This document shows positions 26,981 through 38,558 of a stretch of 64,000 nucleotides of DNA, in pieces. The notes under the pieces were generated by a model. That model was not told the origin of the DNA and searched no databases. It saw only the letters and a list, made by a program, of their open reading frames with translations. The stretch is from Eledone cirrhosa (taxonomy: Eukaryota), in contig OZ024741.1 of assembly GCA_964016885.1 (NCBI GenBank), forward strand, positions 334,056,001-334,120,000. Reading direction: 5' to 3'. Numbering within the stretch: position 1 is the first letter of the stretch; each line of letters begins with the position of its first letter. The translations under genes were made by a program, and so were the position numbers.

Positions 26981-29489
26981 TAATATAAATAATATATTAT
27001 ATATATTATTTATATTATAATACCACCCTTTGGTCATAGATAGGCCAGCCATGTTTCTCATATCATAGACAACAAGTCAACTATTAGAGTGAGTAGACAC
27101 CAAGGCAGTGGGGAAGAACCAGAGGGCAGCGAAAGGCAAGATGGCACAACAGTCTGACCTGATACCACAGCCTCACATGGCCCAATATGACCAGAGATAG
27201 GAAGTGGTGGACACCAACCAGGGTGGGGTTCCTCCAATGGGAGTGAAAAGGCCCTGGAATTTGGATTTTTGACTGTTCCCTTATAAATAGCTCCTTGCGT
27301 TATGTACACAGCAATTCCAGCATGTATTCTAAACCTCAAAATTATCATGGACGGCTTCTTTCTCAATACCATCCAATGTCATCTGAGAGGTTATTTGTTG
27401 GCAGCAAGAGGATTTTCCCAGTTTTTACCTGAGAACAGAAAGCCCTTTCTTGGTTGGTGCTTCCACAACTACCTGGTTCTCTTGCCTTCTACCACAACCT
27501 TTATTGGATGCTCACTCTCCATGAAAATAAGATAGGGATCTTTTGCATTTTTACAGCATGAGCATATTTATTTTGTGCCATGCCCAGTTCTTATGATGGG
27601 TCAATTTCATGTTGATTTCTCGATGATCCTTGGTAAAAGGTGAGATGACTTCATCACCAACAAAGAAGCCCATCAACAAACCCACCAACAATGCATGTCT
27701 AACATCATGTGCAAGTATCAACTTGGCTGGTTGGGACATATCACACAACTCCTCAGGGGAGCATGTAGATGTCATTTTGGTTTTCTCTTCATTAGGACAT
27801 ACACACCACTCTCCCATATTACCTTCCCCTTTCCTTAGCTATATTGACACCAAGGCTTTATTATTGTGGGGAGTTTTGTACTCTCAGTTACTTAATGCCA
27901 CAGAAACCAAAATAAGCACCAGCCTGATGAGCCTCTGGGCTTGAGAGAGACTTTAAACTTTAGCTGTATTATACATAAGATTGACTACGATGAAGCTGAG
28001 GAGCCCTCACAGAGACAAGGTCCCCACAGGGTCTAAGATCCCCAGAGGAGCAAGACACTCACAAGGACCAAAGACCAAACAGGAACTAGTGGCTTGAAAT
28101 CTTGGGGTAAAAGATTGCAGTGCTAGAAGGAACACAGAATACATGAAAGTCTAGGGGCTTCACCATGGGTTAATACAACCTAGATTGAAAGCCACACATT
28201 CTTCAGACATTTCTTGGCTTGTGCTGGAGCAAGGTTGTTGAACTATTTCTTTATTTTCTATTATTTGTGCATCTATGGACTATGGACCAGAGTTCCTATT
28301 GCGTTTCCCACTCCATTTCTAGTTTTGCGAGAAGATTAATTTTAACTAGGCAGTGTTTGTGACTGAAATATATGCTGACATTAAATGAATGTTCCACCTA
28401 TGTTTATGTAGCATTTGCAAATAACATAGCTTTGATTACATTGTTGATAATGGATTTGTTGATGTTGCTGTGGCAAGTCACATTGTTATTGTTGTTGCTG
28501 ATTGTGATGCTGTTATTGGTGGTTTTGCCAACTAACATAGCAGAAGCAATTGTGAAGGTGGTGCTGTTTTTTTTTCTGATATATTTGACAACCTTGAGTT
28601 GTTGTTATTGTTGTAGTTGAGGTGGTTGTTACTGCTGCTGAGGTTGCTACAATTGTGTTTGTCATTGTGCAGTGACGTCACTGAAGCAGAAGGATTTGGT
28701 GCGGTATTGATGTCAAAACCAATGGTTGTCATGGTAATTTTATTACTGTCCATTCTCAAAGTTAAACACCCCAAATGCTTCTTCTCTGAGATGTTTTAAT
28801 GGAATTGTTTTCATCCACCATGGATCTTATAAAATTTTTAATTTTATCAATTTTTCTTTCCTGTTCAAAAACTATGCCACATCAGAGGATACTACTTGAC
28901 AGAAATTTTGTTCTTCAAAAATTTTAACTTCTCAACAAACACACAATATATGTGTACGTGTGTGTGCATATAAATAAATACTAGCAGGAATACCCACTGT
29001 TGTCCAGGTGCTGAATATACAAAGGGTTTCTTTTAAGTTATTGTAAACTCACTTGAGTAAATTTCTAGCAATGATTTTATGAAATTATTTATACATATAC
29101 CTATTTACAAAAAATACATTTACAGTCTTTTTGGCACACACAGATATGCATACATCATCTCATGGTTATTGATTCACATGCTTGTGTGCTTATCTCTCTC
29201 TCTTTATATATATATAGTGAGAGAGATAGCTGGTCCTGTTGAATTGGCTGGGAGTAGTGCCCTTTCCTACCATTCATTCGCCACATTCACCAGCCTTTCA
29301 AAGTAGCATTTCCTGGCTTCTTTGTTTTGAGCATGTGGTTTCATTCCAAAAACTTTTCCCCCAAAACATCCCGATTCACACTGACATACTGACAATGTTG
29401 AACATTCCGTGCTATGTATACTTGTTATCTAGCCACTTTCTTAGCTACCAGGTACTGGTCCCTGACACTCCCATTTTTCTAGTCTTTCC

Positions 29490-30750
29490 AGGCATTTGAC
29501 ACTGTAAATCGGAAGGTTTGTGGGTTATTTTAGATAGATTGGGCTGTCCTGAAAAGTTTGTGAACATACTCAAGCTCTTCCTCGATGACATGGGGGCATG
29601 GGTAAACATCCGAAGTAAACTGTCTGAGCCAATCTCAGTTGAAAATGGTGCCAAGCAAGGTGATATACCTGCACCAACTTTGTTTGCCTTCTATTTAGCA
29701 ATGGTGGTCTTCATGACATACAAGGAATGTCAACACGGTATCTATCTCAGATATCCCACTTCTGGCAAGCTGTTCAACCTCAGGTGTCTCACTGCCAACA
29801 CTAAGGTACTGAGTGCTTGATCAGAAAATTTCTCTATGCAGATGATTGTGATCTCTTTGCAAACTCCCAGAGTGACATCCAACATCTTATGGATTCTTTT
29901 TCCAATACATGCAGTGCTTTGGAACGGAAAATCAGTCTGAAGCAGACTGTCATCATATACCAACCTGCTCCACATAAAGTTTTCAATGAACCCTCCATAT
30001 ATGTATTCGGTCAAAAGCTGAAGGTTGCTGACAGATTTGTGTATTTGGCAAGTACTCTGAGTGTGACCTGCTCTCTGGGTGCAGAAATTGGTCTGCATGT
30101 TAGGTCCTTGAGAAAAGTGAGTGTCGGAGCATTGAAAGTATCATCCACCAACAATGTTTGCGATGGACCGGACACCTCTGCAGAATGGTGGATGATCAAA
30201 TCCCGAAACAACTTTTGTATGGTGAGGTTTGTAAAGGTAAGAGACCACTGCACAAACCAAAGCTCTGATTCAAAGATTGTGTAAAAGACTCATTGAAAGA
30301 ATACTGGTTTGATGGTGGCTGACTGGGAGATAGAAGCTCTTGAAAGAGAAACGTGGCATGGAATGGTGAATGATGGGGTCCATAATTTTGAAGACAGACG
30401 CATAGAGCATGAGAAGATCAAATGGGATGTGTGTAAGCAATGCCCTGGTGTATCTCTCGAAACAATTGGTGTCTTCATTGAATTGGTGTAGAAAGATTTG
30501 CTTGATCAAATCTGGTCTCAGGAGTCACAGCCGCAGCCATGTTCAAAGAGAACCAGTGAACTATGATCTCCACAGTATTGTGAAGGTTTACAGGCAACCT
30601 GATGCAAAACCTGAGGCTAGGGAGATCCATAGTTGTCGTCAATGTGCGGAGGAGTGCAAGTCTCTAGCAGGCTTGAAAAGCCACATCTGAGTGTCACACA
30701 TCTGAATCTGACAAGCAATTGCAATACTCTTAGCAGAGCTTGCAGCCATC

Positions 30751-30752
<2 letters not shown>
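29490..30752 (+). mobile_element. Decayed RTE (BovB-like) LINE with C-terminal C2H2 fingers
   Basis: GAKQGDIPAPTLF, SGKLFNLR, FLYADDCDL, FVYLAS; CLIKSGLRSHSRSH and CRQCAEECKSLAGLKSH. Confidence 0.85.
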
Positions 30753-30771
<19 letters not shown>

Positions 30772-30782
<11 letters not shown>

Positions 30783-31633
30783 CTTATACCACTATTGGCC
30801 GCTAAAGGTTTCTCTTTAAAAATGAAAGGCAGACTGTATGATGCCTGCATATGAACAGCAATGTTACATGGCAGTGAGACCTGGGCATTGTGTGCAGAGG
30901 ATATACGCAGACTGGAGAGGAACAAAGCTTGCATGCACCGTTGGATGTGTAATAGGAATATGCGTGAACGGCAAAGCATAAATGAACTAAGTGAGAAATT
31001 AGGAACAAGGGGGATTAGATGCTGTTTACTCAAGAGAAGACTACGTTGGTATGGTCACGTGATGCGCATTAAAGACAACAGCTGTATAAAAAAGTGCAGG
31101 GCGATCAAAATAGACGGTAGCCATGGAGTAGGCAGACCCAGAAAAACCTGGGACGACTTGATAAATTCCGACCTCACACACTTACACCTCTCCAAGACAA
31201 TGTCACTGGACTGAGATCTTTGGCGCTACTCAGTAATACAGAAGACCCGCCTTGCCTAAGTACAAAGCGAAACTTACAGTCAGTAGGCACCTCTTAACAA
31301 AATATACACACCCCTTCCCACTACCCCCACCCCATCCACACCACCCCGTTCAATGTAAAGTTATGTTGGTACCACAACATCCAGTCCGAAACAAATGAGG
31401 TCGTGTAGGTGTCACGACAAAAAAAAAAAAACACAGTCCACGCTGTAATGTGGCCGTGTAGGTAACATGGTAAAAACCTCCCAGTCCACACTGTAAACGT
31501 GGTTGGTGTTAAGAAGGGCATCCAGCCGTAGGAAACGCGCCAGACAGTCTTATACGAGCAAGACAACCAATCTTGCCTCAAGTGGGAAAATTCCAGTCCA
31601 AACCCATGCTAGCGTGGAAGATGGACGTTAAAC

Positions 31634-31693
<60 letters not shown>
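30772..31693 (+). mobile_element. RTE LINE 3' fragment (same family as 38559-40764) with long (GAT)n tail
   Basis: MLHGSETW...LRWYGHV...GRPRKTW; 3'UTR identity. Confidence 0.92.
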
Positions 31694-32884
31694 AGAGTTG
31701 GCAAGAAAGAAATTTTAGTTTATTGCAAATAGAGTTACGATTTAATTAATGACTTTTGTCAATGCTATGATTTTTTTTCTTTTGACATTTGATAGCCATT
31801 ACTTTTAGTTTACTTTAGAAGCAAATTGCGCGCATTTTGTTTACGGAGTGCAAAAACGAGCATTTTCGCCATATTTTGCTTTTTTTATTTCCGTAAAGGC
31901 AAGAAAGCTGCTGAGGCTCACAAAGAGATATGTGAAGTTTATGGTGTTGATTGCTTAACAGAACGCACATGTCAGAAATGGTTTTAAAAATTCCGTTCTG
32001 GAGATCTTTCACTCAAAGATGACCAACGTTCTGGTCGACCTACTGAAGTTGATGATGACCGAATCAATGCCATAATTGAATCTGATTATCATATAACTTA
32101 AAATGTCTTGGACTTGTTAAGAAGCTCGATATTTGGGTTCCACGTAAATTGAAAGAGATTCACTTAACACAACGAATCAATATTTCCGATATGCATCTCA
32201 AACGCAATGAAATCGACCTTATTTTGAAACGAATCATCACTGGTGATGAAAAATGGATTGTCTACCATAACATCAATCGAAAACAATCATGGTCCAAGCG
32301 TAATGAACCACACAAACCACATAGAAAGCTGAATTGCATAAAAAAAAGGTCTTGCTGTCAATTTGGTGCGATTACAAAGGTGTTGTGTATTTTGAGCTAC
32401 TTCCAAAGAACCAAACAATCAGATGTTTACTGTCAACAACTAATGAAACTGGAGGAAGCAATCAAAGAAAAACGGCCAGAATTGGCAAATCATAACGGGA
32501 TCGTGTTCCACCATGACAACGCTAGACCACACACGTCTTTACTAACTCGTTAAAAACTATTGGAGCTTGGTTGGGAAGTGATGTCACGTCCACCATATAG
32601 CCCTGACCTTGCACCATCAGATTACCATTTATTTAGAAGTTGGAAAAATTCTTTGAGTGGTAAAACTTTCCATAATGATGATGACCTGAAATCGCACTTG
32701 CTTTAGTTTTTGGCTGATAAGGACCAGAAGTTCTATGAGCGCGGGATCATGAAGTTGCCAGAAAGATAGCAAAAGGCCATCGAACAAAATAGAAAATATA
32801 ATTGATTAAAGTTAATTTTTTGTATGAAAAAAAACAACTTTTATTTCACACTAAAAAAACGAAATTACTTTCTTGCCATCCCAG
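31693..32884 (+). mobile_element. Mariner, mellifera-like, decayed with internal deletion
   Basis: TIRs GTTGGCAAGAAAG.AATTT / AAATTACTTTCTTGCCATC; EHFRHILL, FRKGKKA, WVPRKL, TGDEKW, HHDNARPH, YSPDLAPSDYHLF. Confidence 0.92.
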
Positions 32885-33171
32885 TATGCTGAAATTTATA
32901 TTAAATCAATGACTTCACAAAAACACAGTATTTAAATCATTTACGTTGATTATATTTCGTTGGTGAATTGACTATCTTTAATAGGTAATCCGAGTTTGAT
33001 AGACCTCAATAATAAAATTTATTGAACTGACAATCTTAAGTTCGATGTAGATTGTAATACAGCTTCTATTAAAGTCAAATCAAAATTGTTTCGTTATTTT
33101 CACCATTAAACATTCACAGGTGAACATTTAACAAGTATCCATGTTTGATAGAACTTAATAATAAAATTCCT

Positions 33172-33360
33172 TGATTATTTTTTCCAGCCTCTGGCGTTCG
33201 AGACATTTGGCGGAGTCGGGCCGCTGACAGCGAAGTTCTTGTTATCACTGGCAGCTTGCTTCACTGAGATGTCAGGTGATGCCCGTGGGATACCTGGTTG
33301 ATTCAGCGCCCTAGCCTTGCCATCATGTGGCAATGTTGCGAGCGTGTTAGCTTGCCTCAA
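33172..33360 (+). mobile_element. CRE-like retrotransposon 3' remnant
   Basis: FFQPLAFETFGGVGP...SGDARG / WLIQRLALAI / GNVASVL across frameshifts. Confidence 0.7.
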
Positions 33361-33848
33361 AGTGTTTAGTTAACACTTATCATGTGATGTGCGTCCGATT
33401 GTCGCACTTGGTGGTGAATTGCCACAACCCTTTTTTCTTCTTTTTTGATGATTTTTTAAATCTGTTTTTGTGTTTATATTTATATATATTATGGGTTTGT
33501 GTTTCCGTTCTGTAAGCATTATATTATCATATTTCTTTTTATTATAACGTTTAAAATTTAAATAAACTCTTTCACTGACAATTATTTCGTTAATTTCTCT
33601 TTTGAACATTCATAGGTAAGAATGCATCGAACATTAGTAATACGTGTCAGTATATATATATATATATATATATATAATGTAGCGCTCTCTAGACAGGAAG
33701 TAGCTGAAGTTACTTCCCGTTGAGGTTCCAGAACCTTCTTTGTGACTTCCGTCCAGGAGAGAGCTGAAAGCTATCTTCCTCTCTTCTCACCTTTTGACTA
33801 CCTTGATTAAATCTTAACCATCTAACAGCTCAGGGTATGTCATGCATC

Positions 33849-33919
33849 ATTTTATTTTATCTGATGAGGACGTACTATTGAACCTGATTCAAGTACCTCT
33901 GAAACATGTATAATAAAAT
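33849..33919 (+). ncRNA. Type I hammerhead ribozyme motif (minimal, imperfect stem I)
   Basis: CTGATGA 33861-33867; stem II GGA-c-GTAC-ta-TTGAA/TTCAA-GTAC-c-TCT; GAAA 33901-33904; palindromic ACATGT; GUA site. Confidence 0.6.
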
Positions 33920-34056
33920 TTAATTGATCACAAGAACATCTATTTTATTAATATTTGAATTTAATATTAATAACTCTGGAAAATATTTTCTGTAGAGTGC
34001 TTCCAATCTACTGTAAAACGCATTCTTTGATGTACTCATTGAATCTTGTTTAACTC

Positions 34057-34092
<36 letters not shown>

Positions 34093-35029
34093 ATACATAT
34101 TCTCTTTCTATGTCCCTCATTAAATCTACTCTCTCACAACCACTATCTCTGTCTCTATCTTTCTCTCTCTCTCTGTTTATGAAGGAACCTGGAACAAAAC
34201 TCGTATCTCGGGAACCCGTGTTCTGATTTACGCGAAACTTGTTTTATACCATTTGTATTCCCATTTCAGGGGCAACTTCCTTTCAAAGTATTTCCCATTA
34301 TGCACCGTTTTGGCTGTATTAAATAACAGACAAGACACAATCACAGAATGTTAGTATATATAGATATTTCAATGTACGCGGAACTTAAGACTGTCAGTTC
34401 AAGTAATGTTATTGTTGAGTTCTACCAAACGTGGATTACCTGTTAAGAAGAGCCAAATCACCAACGAAATATAATTAAGGGTAAGTGATTTAAATGTTCA
34501 TATTTATTTAATTCATCTTTTTTTTTCGTATATTTTTGTGAAATCAACAATTTAATATAAATTGCAACATATTTAGGCTGCCTGCTCTCTGAGATCAAGT
34601 CCCGCCGAGGTCATCTTTGCCTTTCATCCTTTTGAGGTTGATAAAAAAAAAGTACCTGTCTAGTATTGGAGTGAATTCTTCTATATCCCTTTCTCATTTC
34701 CTCTCTCTTACTTTCTATCTTTCTCTGGAAGAAATCTGCTGTATTCAGGACTGGAGAGGGATGGGCTCCGCCAGACTAAAAATGCCCAAGAAATCCCGTA
34801 TGTCAATACGGCGCCCCTACGACTCTATCAGGAGGTACGGGACCATACATATAGATATACGGAAATTGATTTGAATTTAAACGTAAAGACAACCTGTGTT
34901 TCTTTTTACCTAATTGGCAACCCTAGATGTAAAGAAAACATTTTCTTTTTCAACTAGGTAATGATTGAAATAGTTTTCCAAGTCCTGTATTGAAAAGGAT
35001 CACAACATTTAATTGCGGAAAGACAGCGG

Positions 35030-35110
35030 TCCGAATGAGGAAGGAACTGCGTGAGGTGGGGTGGGTGTTGCAGCAGGCGTCTCTTGTAATGCCTTTGTCA
35101 TTTGGTCATT
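35030..35110 (+). mobile_element. CRE-like 3' remnant
   Basis: RKELREVGWVLQQASL...NAFVI; similar to 56135-56220. Confidence 0.4.
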
Positions 35111-36712
35111 GGAGCAGGGCTGGGGCACCATTGAAACTGGGGCGTAGTGCATGCCCTCTTCCTTTCTTTCGTTGCTTAATTCTTTTTGTTTTTTTTTTCG
35201 TTTTTGTTTCTTCTTTATTCTTTTTAATAGTGTTTTGTTTTTGTATAAACAACTTTGTAAAATAAAATAGACATTAATTATTTTGGAAATAATACATTCA
35301 ATAAAAGCCATTTCCCCCCAAGATACTCTCATGGAATGACCAAGTGAGGTTTATTATTCAACATAGTCCCTGGAAAGAAACAATGCAGTTATTAATAAAT
35401 AGAAAAAAGTTGAAATTAGTGCATGCAAGATTTCACAGCTCGTATGTATGGACCTGTAACACCTGATGTGGGCTTAAGGGCACTGTGATGTCATATGGTG
35501 TCTTGGAGACTTTAAATCTGGTGAACCCCATCTTCACTCCAGGTCTGAAGACAAGAATTTCTTTCAGAGAAGGAGAATGAAGAAGCAAGAAAGATATATA
35601 TAGTGAAAGAATTGACCCCAGTACTGGTCTGGTACTTTTTTAAACCCTCAAAAGGATGAAAAGTAAAGTTGACTTCAGCAGGGTTTGAACTAAGAATGTA
35701 GAGAACTCAAACAAATACCACAAAGCATTCTATCTGACGTTCTAATGACTCTGCCAATTTGCACCATTCCCCTCCCTTCTGTATCAAGTAGAATTAGTCA
35801 AAAGGGATTCGATCTCTTTTAACCCTTTCAGATCTGTCTTATAATTTTGCTGTCATCAACTTTGCCTTTCATTCCTTTGCAGCTATAAAATTAGTCAAAT
35901 GTTTAAACTATCACTAAAGTGACACTTGTCACACAACATATAATAATGGTATAGTCTTTGAAGAATGGAATTATTTTGCTATAATCTTGAAAAATTCTCT
36001 AGTATTTTATTTAATAGTTCACTTTTGGTTGCTCTACAGAAAAACCAAAATGTCTACCATTGATTGATTCCTTGCATTAAAGAGAGAGAGAAACTGTCTA
36101 CCACCGAGTAATTTCTTGCATTAAAATAAAAGAAAGAGTGGGAGAGAGAGATGCTCTGTTGCTTTGCTTTAGGCTCTACAGAATCTCATGAACAATTCCC
36201 ATTTACCATTAAACTGATTAAATACAGAAGAATAACTAACAGTTTAATATGATATGAAATGACATGGCAAATATTGTCATGGTTAGCTATATAGTAAGCC
36301 CTAGAATAATTTGGAATCAATTGTAGCATTAAAGTATTTGATTGCGTTAATTCTCTTCACTCTTGATTAAACAGCGGAGATTAAAAGTGCATTATTATCT
36401 TAGTGGAACTAATCTCTTGGCAGTATCATGTATTGTTGGGTGTGGAATGCTAGAAGCTGTCACTGCCGTTGCCACCTCTTATCTCAAATACCAAAATCAC
36501 ATATATATTGACATGCTCTCCTTCTTCAAGAATGAAATGTAATTGAGTGGTAGGAAGAGGAGGAGAAGGAAGCTGTTATAGGAATGTGTAGTAAAAGAGG
36601 CACTAGATTATTTTATCTCTAGTTAAATCAACACCTTTTCTTCAAACTTGTAATATTTCTGTTTGATTTATTACCCAGGATTCAGGCAGAAACTTTGCTG
36701 TTTTGCCTAGTA

Positions 36713-37340
36713 CTGTATATATTCATACTTGTATATAAGCTGAGATATATGTGACAAAAAAATTGATGGTAAAATGGTGGGGGTGTCGACTAATATTCGA
36801 GGTCAATATTTTGCTGATTTTCACCAACTTCAAAATCCTATGTAAATTAGGTGCTGAAATATTTTCACTTTGGAGATGAATATTTCAATGGTTTCACTTT
36901 GAAGGTGAATATTACGCCGGTTTTACTTTGGGGGTGACTATTACACCAGTTTTACTTTGGAGGTGAATATTACACCAGTTTCACTTTGGAGGTGAATATT
37001 ACACCAGTTTCACTTTCTACATGAAATTGGTATTTTGTATTGTTTTTGATATGTTTTGAATGAATATGGCCTTCAGAACAGTCAGAAATTGGTACAAAAT
37101 TATGTAATTGAGTTGTGCAACAAACTATACTCTGAACAACACTTAAAACATTTTAAATATCAAAATATTAAAACTTCATAAATATATTCTCCACTCAAGA
37201 GAATATCAAAACCACACCATTGAAACATAATGTGTTGATTAACTGCCTCTGCTTATACACAGGATTTGGATTTTGCCTATTTCTCAGGCATAAAATAGGT
37301 AGAGAGTGCTTATATTCAGATCAGATTATATTATATATGG
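36713..37340. mobile_element. pogo/Tc2-type non-autonomous element with internal ~30-bp tandem repeats
   Basis: TA|CTGTATAT...TATAAGCTGA left end related to the 19606 element; TTTCACTTTGGAGGTGAATATTACACCAG about 5 times at 36862-37017. Confidence 0.55.
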
Positions 37341-37752
37341 TATTATCTCAATATTAAACTCAGCAGCAAAGATCATGAAAGTCCCTTTCTGTGTTTCATC
37401 ATTGTCATTTCAATGTCCACTTTACCTGCTAGCAAGGCTTGTCCAAGTCTGTACTGAAGCAGTGTATTTGTCTCGCTTATGGTTAGTCTCACATTTTACC
37501 GAGTGCACAGGAGAGGTTGTCTTGTCTTTGACACAACTGAGGGTTCTCTTAACCCTTTGTTTGGCAAGCTTTTTATGGCTGGATGCCCATCTTATCAACA
37601 ACCACTTTAAAGCATTATTACATGCATGTGTTTATTGGTTTATTTCAATTCCTTCTCTACACACCAGTTTATTGATAAATATATCTCACAAGTCAAATGA
37701 GGATTTCAGAATATTTTTTGTTTATTTTTGTCCAGAATTATGTATATATATA

Positions 37753-38422
37753 TATGATTTGAACTTATATATGTATATATCTGTGTATATCTCTCTTTAT
37801 TATATTGAATTATATTGCACGGCCTAGAAAATGTTTTCCTTGAGCTATTTTAATTGTAAGGGACTACTTTCAGTTTCTAACTCAATAAATACTTTTGATA
37901 AATTCGGCTCCTTCAATTTGTAGAGCTCTTTTAAATGTCGAGTGAACCTGGCTGCTATTTTTAGTAGCATATGTTTTATGAGACACGCTAGACACTGAAT
38001 GCCATGTGCGTTATTCTAAACATGTGCCTCATTTAGTCTTCTAAGAAACCTAGAAGTGAAAGGTTTACTAATTCGTACATCCACTGACGAGCAATAGAAT
38101 TGGTTATTCCCTTCACTTGATGCGAAACAGTTTTACCAAAGACTGTCTGGGTGTATGCTTGATAGTTGTCACAATTTGGTTTGTACTTTTTCTTAATTTA
38201 TTCTTTTAATTGAACCTGGCAAACCGTATTGTTCATAGTTAGTATCCTATTCACCCTAGTGAATCTGGTCCCTTATGATTTGAACACATATTTGTATATA
38301 TCTGTGTTGGTCTCTCTTTATTATATTGAATTATATTACACTGCCCGGAAAAATGTTTTCCTTGAGCTATTTTAATTGAAAGGGACTACATTGAGTTTCT
38401 AACACAAAATATACTTTTGATA
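37753..38422 (+). mobile_element. Hammerhead-bearing non-coding element with ~148-bp direct terminal repeats (retrozyme or PLE pLTR-like)
   Basis: 37753-37900 repeated at 38274-38422 (period ~521); flanked by TA-rich microsatellites; no ORF of note. Confidence 0.7.
38074..38157 (+). ncRNA. Type I hammerhead ribozyme, full three-stem
   Basis: Stem I CGTACATCCA/TGGGTGTATG; CTGACGA 38084-38090; stem II GCA...TGC; GAAA 38124-38127; stem III CAGTTT/AAGACTG; GUC, cleavage predicted after 38147. Confidence 0.88.
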
Positions 38423-38558
38423 TATGTATATTTATGAATATATATGTATGTATGTATATATATATATGTCTATGTATATATATATGTCTATGTATATATA
38501 TATATGTCTATTTATATATATATATATATATACATATATAAATATGTTTATATATATG

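Noticed and set aside
27890-27955. CTGATGAGCC..GGC hammerhead-like core (also CTGAGGAGCC at 19422)
   Set aside because: No GAAA after the stem and no stem I or III; part of a SINE tail
27050-28090. GC-richer patches resembling LINE 5'UTR or endonuclease remnants
   Set aside because: Too decayed to assign without a database search
38444-38558. N-terminal extension of the 459-aa RT ORF
   Set aside because: Microsatellite in frame by chance; the LINE is 5'-truncated and lacks its endonuclease
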